A DNA stretch of 45,060 bases from a virus (IMGVR_UViG_2718217795_000003); one strand, 5' to 3'. Shown: positions 19,463 through 30,129, counted from the first letter of the stretch. The notes: generated by a model not told the origin, from the sequence alone. Numbers and translations: made by a program.

Positions 19463-19661
19463 GGTAGAAAATATTACAAACCATATTCACTTTAGATGCC
19501 CGTGTTGCCATGGTTCTCAGTATAGAACATCATCTTTTGATGTTTCTGACAGGAATCCTTTCGGGGCAAAATGTATCTTTTGTAAATCAATGATGATTAC
19601 ATTTGATAATATTTCACAATACTTAAATGTTAGCCGTCTATCGTTAGATTTAAGAAAGTGA
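19446..19661 (+). CDS. Small Cys-rich protein (YdfK/YnaE-like cold-shock-associated prophage protein)
   Basis: 71-aa ORF with CPCCHG...CIFCKS motifs directly after csp, followed by a strong terminator; start position uncertain. Confidence 0.45.
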   Translation: MLWHFEVENITNHIHFRCPCCHGSQYRTSSFDVSDRNPFGAKCIFCKSMMITFDNISQYLNVSRLSLDLRK

Positions 19662-19665
19662 AAAT

Positions 19666-19690
19666 GAAGGCTCCTTCGGGAGCTTTTTTG
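19666..19690 (+). terminator. Rho-independent terminator
   Basis: AAGGCTCC-TTCG-GGAGC hairpin followed by T6. Confidence 0.7.
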
Positions 19691-19733
19691 CTTAGTGTCT
19701 AGTCGATGGATACTCACATAATACGGTAACATT

Positions 19734-19964
19734 ATGAAAAAAATAATAGTTTTTTTTAACTCTGAACCAGCAATGGTAGTGCCAGTGATGACCGGAGTTA
19801 ACACCATCATGCGTGAATATCCAAATGGCGAAACAACACACCTCACTGTAATGGCTGCAGGGTTTCCATCTCTGACCGGAGATCATAAAGTCATTTATGT
19901 AGCAGCGGATCGACATGTAACTTCAGAAGAAATTCTGGAAGCAGCAATGAGACTCTTGAATTGA
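19734..19964 (+). CDS. Hypothetical protein
   Basis: 76-aa ORF in AT-rich accessory segment; weak RBS. Confidence 0.35.
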   Translation: MKKIIVFFNSEPAMVVPVMTGVNTIMREYPNGETTHLTVMAAGFPSLTGDHKVIYVAADRHVTSEEILEAAMRLLN

Positions 19965-20133
19965 TTTGATTCTAATGCATTGATAATAAATGATAATCAT
20001 CTTTATCTGTTTGTGTGAAATTTAGACCGTCGTATGTTGATTATTGCGATGTTTCATCTTATCTTTTATACGTTTGCTCCATATAATTGACACTACTGTG
20101 TACCAGGAAAGTCATAACAGACTAAAAGAGGAA

Positions 20134-20310
20134 ATGATGAACATTGAAGAGTTAAAAACAAAAACAGAAGCAGATATTTCTGAATATATAACAAAAAAAA
20201 TCATTGAGCTTAAGAAAAAGACCGGGAAAGAAGTTACCAGTATCCAGTTTACTGCACGGGAAAAAATGACTGGTCTTGAAAGCTATGATATCAAGATTGA
20301 TTTAATCTAG
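20134..20310 (+). CDS. gnsB: GnsA/GnsB-family small protein
   Basis: MMNIEELKTKTEADISEYITKKIIELKKKTGKEVTSIQFTAREKMTGLESYDIKIDLI; AGAGGA RBS. Confidence 0.7.
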   Translation: MMNIEELKTKTEADISEYITKKIIELKKKTGKEVTSIQFTAREKMTGLESYDIKIDLI

Positions 20311-20603
20311 TCTGTTTAGTATTAGCATCAATTTCTCATCAGATGCTATTCAACAATACAAATTACCCATAAACCTCGTTTTTACGGGGTTTTGTTATAT
20401 TTAAACATTACCGAATAGGTATAAATCTCGATTGTCGATGGTATTGGTTGTGTGACAATACCTAGTCTTTCCGGTATGCCTGAAGAGAATACAAACGACA
20501 GATTATGTAAGGGAAACGCGCTGAATCTTTAACTCTTTCATGCTGAGTGATTTGACGTTATATTTTTAGCCGTAAGTGAAGAGCAAACGCATGGAGCGAC
20601 AAA

Positions 20604-20810
20604 ATGCATAAAGATCAATACACTGATGCCCCCTCCCAGGAGCAGGTTCGTGTAAAAACTATGCTTAATAGCACCATTTCGATGAGTTACCCGGATGTTG
20701 TAATTGCATGTATAGAACATCAAGTGTCTCTGGAAGCATTCAGGGCAATTGAGGCCGCGTTAGTAAAGCACGATAAGAATACGAAGGATTATTCCCTGGT
20801 GGTTGACTGA
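20604..20810 (+). CDS. Hypothetical protein
   Basis: 68-aa ORF, weak RBS; AT-rich accessory segment before the terminase. Confidence 0.35.
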   Translation: MHKDQYTDAPSQEQVRVKTMLNSTISMSYPDVVIACIEHQVSLEAFRAIEAALVKHDKNTKDYSLVVD

Positions 20811-21372
20811 TCACCATAACTGCTAACCATTCTGACCATTTCACAAGTGACAGAGTCAATATCGTATTCTGTCACTGTCAGGCTAATACAGCAATGCAAT
20901 TCAACTACAGCAATGCCTCGTATTTAGGTGAATTTACAATATCGTCCAGTTCGGATGCCGGCTGCATTTCTGAAGATAAGGCATTTCGGTTCTCGTATTT
21001 TCCCCTCATGCTCGTCAGTCCTGCGCGTAGTAAGAAACAGGACACTCACACTAATTTGTGTGGGCATGCTGTGATGTCCTTCTGAATTATCCCCATGCCA
21101 TTATGTAAAGCTCTGTTACAGATGCTCGTCACGGTTGTCAGGCTGTCGGGTCCTCCCAGTGGGGGGCCCTGCCACGGGGCGGGAGCGTCGCGGAAAAAGG
21201 CTAGTTTTTGCATTTCCATGGCGGCGGCAGCATGTTTGGTAATTTATTGATAATTAAAAGTTATTTCCCTTTTCACCTGTACAATATTTTTTTCTTCCTG
21301 TCATTAGACCAGTTTGCAATTAATTGAAATATATAAATAAACCTGATTTTCACCTGCCAGATGGAGTTGCTT

Positions 21373-21900
21373 ATGTCAAATGTGAGCGGGATCGGTGATG
21401 CTTATTACTGGAGTGTTTTTAAAATCGCCGAGGCCTTTGGGCTTCACCGGGACACAGTAAAAAAACGGCTCCTCGCGGCCAACACTCCTGTGGCTGCGAC
21501 TGTCAGGGGGAACCCCGTTTACGCCCTGCAGCATGTCGGGCCCGCCCTGTTTAGTGTGAAGCATGAGGCAGCAGACTCTGTTCATGATCCATCCCGTATG
21601 GAGCCGAAAGAGAGAAAGGACTGGTACCAGTCTGAAAATGAAAGGATCAAGCTGGAAAAGGAGCAGCGAAAACTCATCCCAGTTGATGAAGTAGTCATCG
21701 TCTATTCGTCCATGAGAAAGGCTGTCGTCCAGGTTCTGGAGACAATTCCGGATGTTCTTGAACGCGATTGCGCTCTGACTCCTCAGGCCGTCGGCGTTGT
21801 ACAGCAGGCCATTGATGACCTGCGATACACTCTTCAGGAAAAATCCTACGAGGCTTGTGCTGCTGAATTAATTCCTGATGAGGAAGGAGAGAGTCTCTAG
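21373..21900 (+). CDS. nu1: Terminase small subunit (Nu1-like)
   Basis: ATG with GGAG upstream (alternative start 21361); immediately precedes the terminase large subunit. Confidence 0.8.
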   Translation: MSNVSGIGDAYYWSVFKIAEAFGLHRDTVKKRLLAANTPVAATVRGNPVYALQHVGPALFSVKHEAADSVHDPSRMEPKERKDWYQSENERIKLEKEQRKLIPVDEVVIVYSSMRKAVVQVLETIPDVLERDCALTPQAVGVVQQAIDDLRYTLQEKSYEACAAELIPDEEGESL

Positions 21901-21908
21901 GAGGAATA

Positions 21909-24008
21909 ATGGGTTTTTCATCAGCCCGAAATTTGGGAAGGGACATATCGGCAGGATTTTCCCCACCACGTCGCATGCCGATTTCGGAGGCTGTTAAAAA
22001 ATTCATGCGTGTTCCCAAGGGGGCTGGTAACTCGGTGCCATGGGATCCTGAACTGACACCCTACATCATTGAGCCCATGAACTGCCTGGCATCGCGTGAA
22101 TACGATGCGGTGATTTTTGTTGGTCCTGCGCGAACAGGGAAGACCATTGGTCTGATCGATGGATGGATTGTCTATACCATCGTTTGCGATCCTTCGGACA
22201 TGCTCGTTGTGCAGATGACCGAAGATAAGGCCCGCGAGCATTCTAAAAAGCGCCTCGACAGAACGTTCAGAAGCAGTGCGGCGGTAAAGAAAAGAATGAG
22301 TCCACGTCGTAACGACAATAATGTCCATGATAAGACGTTCAGGGATGGCTCGTTCCTTAAAATTGGTTGGCCCTCGGTCAACATTATGTCGTCGTCGGAT
22401 TACCGGTTTGTCGCCTTAACCGATTACGACCGTTTTCCGGAGAATATCGACAGCGAGGGTGATGGTTTCTCCCTGGCCTCAAAACGTACCACCACATTTA
22501 TGTCCGCCGGGATGACTCTGGTGGAGAGCTCGCCGGGACGTGACATCTGCGACAGCAAATGGCGACGTAAGTCGCCTCATGAAGCGCCACCGACGACTGG
22601 TATTCTTTCCCTTTACAATCGTGGTGACCGCCGCCGCTGGTACTGGCCATGTCCGCACTGCGGTGAATATTTTCAGCCAGCTATGGATGCCATGACCGGC
22701 TACCGTAATGAACCGGATCCCTTTAAAGCCAGTGAGGCGGCGTATCTACTTTGCCCGCACTGCAGCGGCATTATCACTGCGGAGAAAAAGCGTGAGCTCA
22801 ATAGTGCAGGAGTCTGGTTGCGTGAAGGTCAGGTCATTGATCGTAACGGCAACGTTTCCGGTGAACCGCGCCGCTCCCGTATCGCCAGTTTCTGGATGGA
22901 AGGGCCAGCTGCTGCGTATCAGACCTGGGCGCAACTGGTTTACAAATTACTGACTGCAGAACAGGAGTATGAAGCGACAGGAAGCGAAGAAACACTCAGG
23001 GCGGTTATCAACACCGACTGGGGATTGCCTTATCTTCCTCGTGCCAGCATGGAGCAACGAAAAAGTGAACTGCTTGAGCAGCGGGCAGAGCCAGTTCCTT
23101 CCTGCAGTGTGCCGGATGGCGTTAATTTCCTTGTGGCGACAGTGGATGTGCAGGCGGGACGTCATCGCCGTTTTGTGGTTCAGGTAACTGGCTATGGCAG
23201 TCGTGGCGAACGCTGGATTATTGATCGTTACAATATCACGCAGTCATTGCGCAGTGACTGCGACGGGGAGAGCCAGCGAATTGATCCGGCCAGCTATCCG
23301 GAAGACTGGGATGTCCTGCTGACGGATGTTTTTCATAAAAGCTGGCCGCTGGCCTCCGATCCTTCTCAACAAATGCGACTGATGGCAATGGCGGTGGACT
23401 CCGGCGGTGAAGACGGGGTCACTGATAATGCCTATAAATTCTGGCGTCGTTGCCGTCGTGATGGCCTTGGTAAACGTATTTACCTGTTTAAGGGCGACAG
23501 CATCCGGCGCGCAAAACTGATCACCCGTACATTCCCTGATAACACCGGACGAACGGGCCGACGGGCGCAGGCCGCAGGTGATGTGCCGCTCTGGCTTCTT
23601 CAGACGGATGCACTGAAAGACCGGGTGAATAACGCGTTATGGCGTGACTCGCCAGGTCCCGGCTATGTGCATTTCCCTGACTGGCTGGGGAGCTGGTTTT
23701 ACGACGAACTGACGTATGAAGAGCGGAGCAGTGACGGGAAATGGAGTAAGCCGGGTCGCGGTGCCAACGAAGCTTTTGACCTGATGGTGTATGCCGAGGC
23801 TCTGGTCATTCTGCATGGATACGAAAAGATCCGCTGGCCGGATGCACCGGAGTGGGCGAGCCGGGAAACCTGGCTGGAGTGTGTCCCGGACAGTACCGAA
23901 CCGTCACCCTCACCGGAACCGGTATCCACGCCTGTTAAAAAACAAAAACGGAAGAAAACAGTAACTGACGATGTTAACCCCTGGCTGACTTCCGGAGGAT
24001 GGTTATGA
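21909..24008 (+). CDS. A: Terminase large subunit (gpA-like)
   Basis: 699 aa; AGGAGG RBS; Walker A-like VGPARTGKT; lambda A-type architecture. Confidence 0.9.
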   Translation: MGFSSARNLGRDISAGFSPPRRMPISEAVKKFMRVPKGAGNSVPWDPELTPYIIEPMNCLASREYDAVIFVGPARTGKTIGLIDGWIVYTIVCDPSDMLVVQMTEDKAREHSKKRLDRTFRSSAAVKKRMSPRRNDNNVHDKTFRDGSFLKIGWPSVNIMSSSDYRFVALTDYDRFPENIDSEGDGFSLASKRTTTFMSAGMTLVESSPGRDICDSKWRRKSPHEAPPTTGILSLYNRGDRRRWYWPCPHCGEYFQPAMDAMTGYRNEPDPFKASEAAYLLCPHCSGIITAEKKRELNSAGVWLREGQVIDRNGNVSGEPRRSRIASFWMEGPAAAYQTWAQLVYKLLTAEQEYEATGSEETLRAVINTDWGLPYLPRASMEQRKSELLEQRAEPVPSCSVPDGVNFLVATVDVQAGRHRRFVVQVTGYGSRGERWIIDRYNITQSLRSDCDGESQRIDPASYPEDWDVLLTDVFHKSWPLASDPSQQMRLMAMAVDSGGEDGVTDNAYKFWRRCRRDGLGKRIYLFKGDSIRRAKLITRTFPDNTGRTGRRAQAAGDVPLWLLQTDALKDRVNNALWRDSPGPGYVHFPDWLGSWFYDELTYEERSSDGKWSKPGRGANEAFDLMVYAEALVILHGYEKIRWPDAPEWASRETWLECVPDSTEPSPSPEPVSTPVKKQKRKKTVTDDVNPWLTSGGWL

Positions 24009-24217
24009 ACCAGAATGATATCGAAGCCATGATTCAGCGTTATACGGAAGCTGAAATGGCGGTGCTGGACGGAAAATCCGTCACCTTTAATGGTCAGCAG
24101 ATGACCATGGAAAACTTATCTGAGATCCGGCAGGGACGGCAGGAGTGGGAGCGCCGCCTTGCGGCTCTGATTACACGACGACGGGGGCATCCCGGGTACC
24201 GGCTGGCGAGGTTCTGA
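24005..24217 (+). CDS. W: Head-tail joining protein gpW-like
   Basis: About 70 aa, GGAGGA RBS; overlaps terminase stop and portal start. Confidence 0.65.
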   Translation: MNQNDIEAMIQRYTEAEMAVLDGKSVTFNGQQMTMENLSEIRQGRQEWERRLAALITRRRGHPGYRLARF

Positions 24218-25725
24218 TGGCAATTCTTGATGATGTGATTGGCGTTTTTTCACCAGGATGGAAAGCGGCAAGGCTGCGTTCCCGGGCGGTGATCCAGGCT
24301 TATGAGGCCGTAAAAACGACGCGGACACACAAAGCCCGGCGGGAAAACCGAACTGCCGACCAGTTAAGCCTCTACGGGGCCGTGTCGTTACGTGAGCAGG
24401 CCCGTTACCTTGATAACAACCACGATCTGGTCATTGGTGTATTTGACAAGCTGGAAGAACGGGTGGTGGGGAAAAACGGGATTATTGTCGAGCCACATCC
24501 GGTATTACGCAATGGGGCCATTGCCCGTGATCTGGCAGCGGAGATACGCACCCGATGGAGTGAATGGTCTGTCAGTCCGGAAGTTACCGGGCAGTTTACC
24601 CGTCCGATGCTGGAACGTCTGATGCTGCGTACCTGGCTGCGCGATGGTGAGGTGTTTGCCCAGATGGTTTCCGGGCGCATAAACAGCCTGACGCCTTCTG
24701 CCGGTGTTCATTTCTGGCTGGAGGCACTCGAGCCAGACTTTATTCCCATGACCAGTGATGAGAGCAACAGGCTGAATCAGGGCGTGTTTGTTGATGACTG
24801 GGGGCGTCCCGAAAAATATCTGGTGTATAAAAGTCGTCCTGTATCCGGACGGCAGATGGAAACCAAAGAAGTGGATGCAGAGCGAATGCTGCATCTTAAA
24901 TTTGTTCGCCGTCTGCACCAGATGCGCGGGACGTCTTTATTGTCCGGTGTGCTGATCCGCCTCAGTGCCCTGAAAGAATATGAAGATTCTGAGCTGACTG
25001 CAGCAAGGATCGCTGCTGCTCTGGGGATGTACATCCGCAAAGGCGACGGACAGAGCTATGAAACGGATGGTAATGACAGCAAGGAGAATGAACGCGAGCT
25101 TACCATTCAGCCAGGCATTATTTACGACGATCTGAAACCCGGCGAAGAAATCGGAATGGTGAAGTCGGATCGCCCCAATCCTAACCTTGAAACTTTTCGT
25201 AATGGTCAGTTGCGTGCCGTGGCGGCGGGCAGTCGTCTGAGTTTTTCCAGTACAGCGCGCAACTATAACGGCACTTACAGCGCCCAGCGTCAGGAGCTGG
25301 TTGAATCCACTGATGGCTACCTGATCCTGCAGGACTGGTTTATTGGTGCCGTCACCCGCCCGATGTATCGTGCCTGGCTGAAACAGGCTGTGGCATCCGG
25401 TGTTATCAGGCTACCCCGCGATCTTGACCGTTCTTCACTGTATACCGCGGTGTATTCCGGACCGGTGATGCCGTGGATTGACCCTGTTAAGGAGGCTGAG
25501 GCCTGGAAAATTCAGATTCGTGGTGGAGCGGCGACAGAATCAGACTGGGTACGTGCAGGTGGTCGTAATCCGGATGATGTCAAACGTCGGCGCAAGGCAG
25601 AAATTGATGAAAACCGCAAGCTGGATCTGGTATTTGATACCGATCCGGCCAGTGATAAAGGAGGCAGCAGTGCCGCAACGAAACGACAGGAGCCGCAGCA
25701 CACCGACGACCAGTCCGAAGAATAA
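24217..25725 (+). CDS. B: Portal protein (gpB-like)
   Basis: ATG overlapping the W stop (TGATG); about 500 aa; position and size of a lambda-type portal. Confidence 0.85.
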   Translation: MAILDDVIGVFSPGWKAARLRSRAVIQAYEAVKTTRTHKARRENRTADQLSLYGAVSLREQARYLDNNHDLVIGVFDKLEERVVGKNGIIVEPHPVLRNGAIARDLAAEIRTRWSEWSVSPEVTGQFTRPMLERLMLRTWLRDGEVFAQMVSGRINSLTPSAGVHFWLEALEPDFIPMTSDESNRLNQGVFVDDWGRPEKYLVYKSRPVSGRQMETKEVDAERMLHLKFVRRLHQMRGTSLLSGVLIRLSALKEYEDSELTAARIAAALGMYIRKGDGQSYETDGNDSKENERELTIQPGIIYDDLKPGEEIGMVKSDRPNPNLETFRNGQLRAVAAGSRLSFSSTARNYNGTYSAQRQELVESTDGYLILQDWFIGAVTRPMYRAWLKQAVASGVIRLPRDLDRSSLYTAVYSGPVMPWIDPVKEAEAWKIQIRGGAATESDWVRAGGRNPDDVKRRRKAEIDENRKLDLVFDTDPASDKGGSSAATKRQEPQHTDDQSEE

Positions 25726-25738
25726 TTCCTGGTTCAGG

Positions 25739-27697
25739 ATGCAGGCTGGTCACCAGAGTGACGCGGATATTTATATTTATGACGAGATTGGTTTCTGGGG
25801 TGTTACAGCGAAGCAGTTTATCAGTGATCTGAATGCACTGGGCGATATCACCCACATTAATCTCCATATCAATTCACCGGGTGGCGATGTCTTTGAAGGC
25901 ATCGCCATTTTTAATGCGCTGAAAACACATGGTGCGTCCATTACCGTTTATGTCGACGGTGTGGCGGCGTCAATGGCGTCGGTCATTGCGATGGTGGGAA
26001 ACCCGGTCATTATGCCGGAAAACACCTTCATGATGATTCATAAACCATTTGGCTTTACGGGCGGTGATGCGGAGGACATGCGCACCTATGCCGACCTGCT
26101 CGATAAGGTTGAGGCGGTTCTGTTACCCGCTTATGCACAGAAAACCGGGAAAACCACCGATGAAATTGCTGCCATGCTGGCGGATGAGACCTGGATGTCC
26201 GGTGCCGAATGTCTGGCACATGGATTTGCTGATCAGGTGACGCCAGCCGTTAAGGCAATGGCATGTATTCAGTCAAAACGTACAGAGGAATTTAAAAAGA
26301 TGCCGGAATCCATTCGAAACATGATTACTCCGCCACGCAACAGTGCTCCACGCGTACAGGATGATGAACCTGCAGCCTCCCGGACGCCAGTGCAGGCAGC
26401 AGCACCCGTGGTGGATGAAAACAGTATCCGTGCGCAGGTACTGGCAGAGCAAAAAGCGCGTGTAAACGGTATTAATGATCTGTTTGCCATGTTTGGCGGG
26501 CGTTATCAGACGCTGCAGGCTCAGTGTCTTGCCGATCCTGAGTGTTCGCTGGAGCAGGCCCGCGAAAAGCTGTTGAACGAGATGGGGCGCGAGTCCACGC
26601 CATCCAATAAAAATACACCGGCTCATATTTATGCTGGTAACGGTAATTTTGTGGGGGACGGGATCCGCCAGGCGCTGATGGCGCGTGCCGGATTTGAAAA
26701 AACCGAACGTGATAATGTCTACAACGGGATGACCCTGCGTGAATATGCCCGTATGTCACTGACTGAACGGGGTATTGGGGTTTCCGGTTATAACCCGATG
26801 CAGATGGTCGGTGCGGCGTTCACCCACAGTACGTCTGACTTCGGTAATATTCTGCTGGATGTTGCGAACAAAGCCATTCTGCAGGGCTGGGAAGATGCTC
26901 CTGAAACCTATGAACAATGGACGCGGAAAGGTCAGTTGTCTGATTTTAAAATTGCCCATCGTGTGGGTATGGGGGGCTTCAGTGCTCTGCGTCAGGTGCG
27001 TGAAGGGGCGGAATATAAATACGTCACCACCGGAGATAAACAGGCCACTATTGCACTGGCGACCTATGGCGAGCTGTTCAGTATCACCCGTCAGGCCATT
27101 ATCAATGATGATCTGAATATGCTGACCGATGTCCCGATGAAACTGGGCCGTGCGGCGAAATCCACTATTGCCGATCTGGTTTATGCCATTCTGACGTCTA
27201 ACCCGAAAATCTCCACAGATAATGTAAGTCTGTTCGATAAAGCGAAACATGCAAACGTACTGGAGAGCGCTGCAATGGACGTGGCATCGCTGGATAAAGC
27301 CCGCCAGTTGATGCGCGTTCAGAAAGAGGGGGAGCGTCATCTGAATATTCGTCCTGCGTTCGTACTGGTACCGACGGCGATGGAGTCTGTTGCTAACCAG
27401 GTCATTCGCTCCTCAAGTGTCAAGGGGGCTGACATTAACGCCGGTATTATTAACCCGGTGAAAGATTTTGCGACCGTTATTGCAGAGCCTCGTCTTGATG
27501 ATAACAGCCAGACCACCTTCTACCTGGCTGCGTCAAAAGGCTCCGATACGATTGAAGTGGCTTATCTCAACGGTGTGGATACGCCATATATTGATCAGAT
27601 GGAGGGCTTCAGTGTGGATGGCGTGACAACGAAAGTGCGTATTGACGCCGGTGTCGCGCCAGTTGATCACCGCGGTCTGGTGAAATGTACGGCGTAA
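25739..27697 (+). CDS. Fused prohead protease (ClpP/S14-like), scaffold region and HK97-fold major capsid protein
   Basis: 652 aa from the ATG at 25739; N-terminal ClpP-like segment (INSPGGDVFEGIAIFNALK...MASVIAMVG), central Ala/Gln-rich region, C-terminal capsid-like domain; single uninterrupted ORF. Confidence 0.8.
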   Translation: MQAGHQSDADIYIYDEIGFWGVTAKQFISDLNALGDITHINLHINSPGGDVFEGIAIFNALKTHGASITVYVDGVAASMASVIAMVGNPVIMPENTFMMIHKPFGFTGGDAEDMRTYADLLDKVEAVLLPAYAQKTGKTTDEIAAMLADETWMSGAECLAHGFADQVTPAVKAMACIQSKRTEEFKKMPESIRNMITPPRNSAPRVQDDEPAASRTPVQAAAPVVDENSIRAQVLAEQKARVNGINDLFAMFGGRYQTLQAQCLADPECSLEQAREKLLNEMGRESTPSNKNTPAHIYAGNGNFVGDGIRQALMARAGFEKTERDNVYNGMTLREYARMSLTERGIGVSGYNPMQMVGAAFTHSTSDFGNILLDVANKAILQGWEDAPETYEQWTRKGQLSDFKIAHRVGMGGFSALRQVREGAEYKYVTTGDKQATIALATYGELFSITRQAIINDDLNMLTDVPMKLGRAAKSTIADLVYAILTSNPKISTDNVSLFDKAKHANVLESAAMDVASLDKARQLMRVQKEGERHLNIRPAFVLVPTAMESVANQVIRSSSVKGADINAGIINPVKDFATVIAEPRLDDNSQTTFYLAASKGSDTIEVAYLNGVDTPYIDQMEGFSVDGVTTKVRIDAGVAPVDHRGLVKCTA

Positions 27698-27720
27698 ACG
27701 TCGCAGACAACAACTCTGAT

Positions 27721-27741
27721 GGCCCGTAAGGGCTTTTTTTG
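27721..27741 (+). terminator. Rho-independent terminator after the capsid gene
   Basis: GGCCC-GTAA-GGGC hairpin followed by T7; a second hairpin AGCCCC-TGAA-CGGGGCT lies at about 27751-27770. Confidence 0.6.
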
Positions 27742-27783
27742 TACCTGAAATCAGCCCCTGAACGGGGCTGTGCGGAGACAGTT

Positions 27784-28107
27784 ATGGCAAAGAATTTTGT
27801 AGAAGAAGGAAAAACGGTGGCGATTGTTGCCAGTGCAGCCATCAGCAGCGGAGAGCTGGTGCAGGTGGGTGATGTTTTTGCGGTGGCGCTGACCGATATT
27901 CCACAGGGTGAAACAGGCGACGGCATGACCGAAGGTGTGTTTATGCTGCCTAAGCTGAAAACGGATGACATGAAAACGGGTAAGAAGGTTTATCTGAAGT
28001 CCGGAAAAGTTCAGCTGACTAACAGCGGCTCTGATCCGCTGGTCGGGGTTGTCTGGGCAGATGCCGGAACCAGTGCAGAAGAAGTGCCGGTAAAACTCAA
28101 TGTCTGA
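27784..28107 (+). CDS. Head-associated protein (possible decoration/DUF2190-like)
   Basis: 108 aa after GGAG RBS; lies between capsid and head-completion genes. Confidence 0.5.
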   Translation: MAKNFVEEGKTVAIVASAAISSGELVQVGDVFAVALTDIPQGETGDGMTEGVFMLPKLKTDDMKTGKKVYLKSGKVQLTNSGSDPLVGVVWADAGTSAEEVPVKLNV

Positions 28108-28375
28108 TCCCTTTTCCCGGCTGGCAGCGCGTATGGATGCGATCACGGTCAGAAAGATGGGAAAGACAGCCTCGATTAATGATGTCGATATGACTGTGAT
28201 CCCGGGAGAAACACTGGCAGAGCTGAATGCTCTGTCCGGACCTGCGGTCTCTCTGGTGGTGTTTTCTTCGGGATACCGCCCACGGCGCGGGGATCGCGTT
28301 GTTTATGACGGACAACAATGGACGGTCACACGGCATGAACGCTTTAACGGTAAGCCAATGATCTTTATTGAGTAA
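28100..28375 (+). CDS. Head-tail connector protein FII-like
   Basis: 91 aa; ...RRGDRVVYDGQQWTV... resembles the lambda FII C-terminal motif. Confidence 0.6.
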   Translation: MSDPFSRLAARMDAITVRKMGKTASINDVDMTVIPGETLAELNALSGPAVSLVVFSSGYRPRRGDRVVYDGQQWTVTRHERFNGKPMIFIE

Positions 28376-28386
28376 AGAGGTGTGGG

Positions 28387-28977
28387 ATGAAGGGGCTTGA
28401 GAATGCCATCCGCAATCTGAACAGCCTTGATACCCGTATGGTGCCACAGGCCAGCGCATGGGCGATAAACCGTGTGGCACAGAAAGCGGTCTCGGTTGCC
28501 ACCCGGCAGGTTGCCGGGAATACCGTTGCGGGAGATAACCAGGTGAAAGGGATCCCCCTGAAACTGGTACGTCAGCGTGTCCGGGTGTTTAAAGCCAGTC
28601 CGTCAGGAAAAATGACGGCCAGGATCCGCGTTAACCGGGGCAATCTGCCCGCCATCAAACTGAACACAACACGGCGGCGTGCTGGTGAAGGACTGAGAGT
28701 GGGAAAATACTTTTTCCGGGGGGCATTTGTTCAGCAACTGGCGAATGGCCGCTGGCATGTTCTGAGGCGTCTTCCTGAAGCGCGTTTTGCAACAGGGCAT
28801 GACCATCAGGGCAGGCCAAGAAAAAATCGTCTTCCTGTGGAGGTAGTGAAAATCCCGCTGTCCGGACCGCTGACACAGGCATTTGAAGATGCCCGCGACC
28901 ACATCATTGCTGCGGAAATGCCGAAACAGCTGGGGTATGCACTGAAACAACAACTGAGGTTATGGCTGACCCGATGA
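28387..28977 (+). CDS. Z: Minor tail protein Z-like
   Basis: 196 aa, position and composition of lambda gpZ. Confidence 0.7.
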   Translation: MKGLENAIRNLNSLDTRMVPQASAWAINRVAQKAVSVATRQVAGNTVAGDNQVKGIPLKLVRQRVRVFKASPSGKMTARIRVNRGNLPAIKLNTTRRRAGEGLRVGKYFFRGAFVQQLANGRWHVLRRLPEARFATGHDHQGRPRKNRLPVEVVKIPLSGPLTQAFEDARDHIIAAEMPKQLGYALKQQLRLWLTR

Positions 28978-29375
28978 ACCGACATACACAAATCCGCCAG
29001 GTCGTACTGGCACGCCTTCGGGAACAGTGTGGAGACAGCGCCACGTTTTTTGACGGGCTTCCGGCATTTATTGATGCGCAGGAACTGCCTGCCGTGGCGG
29101 TGTGGCTGAGTGATGCTCAGTACACCGGAAAAATGACGGATGAAGATGACTGGCAGGCTGTTCTGCATATTGCCGTCTTCATCCGGGCACAGGCACCGGA
29201 TTCAGAGCTGGATATGTGGATGGAGAGCACCATTTTCCCGGCCCTGAATGATGTACCGGCACTTTCCGGACTCATCGACACCCTGAACCCACTCGGTTTT
29301 AACTATCAACGTGATAATGAGATGGCCACCTGGGCGATGGCGGAAATCACGTACCAGATCACGTACACGAATTAA
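28962..29375 (+). CDS. U: Tail terminator protein U-like
   Basis: 137 aa, overlaps Z stop; precedes the major tail protein. Confidence 0.7.
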   Translation: MADPMNRHTQIRQVVLARLREQCGDSATFFDGLPAFIDAQELPAVAVWLSDAQYTGKMTDEDDWQAVLHIAVFIRAQAPDSELDMWMESTIFPALNDVPALSGLIDTLNPLGFNYQRDNEMATWAMAEITYQITYTN

Positions 29376-29385
29376 GGAGGTGGTA

Positions 29386-30129
29386 ATGACCACACCAAAT
29401 CCACTGGCAAAGACGAAAGGTGCGGGGACGACGTTCTGGATGTATACCGGCAACGGCGATGCGTTTGCGAACCCTTTGTCGGACACTGACTGGCTGCGTC
29501 TTGCGATGGTGAAGGATCTGCAACCTGGCGAAATGACCGCTGATGCAGAAGATGACACTTATCTCGATGATGAAGATGCAGACTGGAAAACGACAACCCA
29601 GGGGCAGAAATCCGTTGGTGATACTTCGGCGACGCTGGCCTGGCGTCCGGGTGACAGCGGGCAGAAAAAACTGGTTCAGTTGTTCGACTCCGGTGAAGTC
29701 TGCGCGTTTCGTATCAAATATCCCAACGGCACTGTTGATGTTTTCCGTGGCTGGCTGAGCTCACTGGGTAAAACCATTGCCTCAAAAGACGTGATGACCC
29801 GCACTGTGAAAATCAGCGGTGTGGGGCGTCCGTATCTGGCAGAGGAAGGCACTGAAACCGTGAGCGTTACCGGGCTGACAGTATCACCGGCGTCTGCCAG
29901 TGTAAAAGTGGGAGCAACCACCACGCTGACCTTTACAGTAAAACCTGACGGAGCCAGTGACAAAGCGATCAGTGTGCATTCGTCAGATCCACAGACTGCC
30001 ACGGTTACCCTGAACGGACTTGTGGCCACGGTAAAAGGCGTGAAGCAGGGCAGTGTCAGCATTGTGGGCATGACCGCTGACGGGAATTTTGTGGCTGTGG
30101 CTGCGGTGACTGTCAGCGCCGCAGGTTAA
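29386..30129 (+). CDS. V: Major tail protein V with C-terminal Ig-like (Big_2) domain
   Basis: AAGGAGG RBS; 247 aa; C-terminal VSVTGLTVSPASASVKVGATTTLTFTVKP Ig-like domain; followed by a terminator. Confidence 0.85.
   Translation: MTTPNPLAKTKGAGTTFWMYTGNGDAFANPLSDTDWLRLAMVKDLQPGEMTADAEDDTYLDDEDADWKTTTQGQKSVGDTSATLAWRPGDSGQKKLVQLFDSGEVCAFRIKYPNGTVDVFRGWLSSLGKTIASKDVMTRTVKISGVGRPYLAEEGTETVSVTGLTVSPASASVKVGATTTLTFTVKPDGASDKAISVHSSDPQTATVTLNGLVATVKGVKQGSVSIVGMTADGNFVAVAAVTVSAAG

Noticed and set aside
20894-21085. 63-aa ORF upstream of the terminase leader
   Set aside because: No RBS and no protein-like features; lies in the putative cos/leader region.
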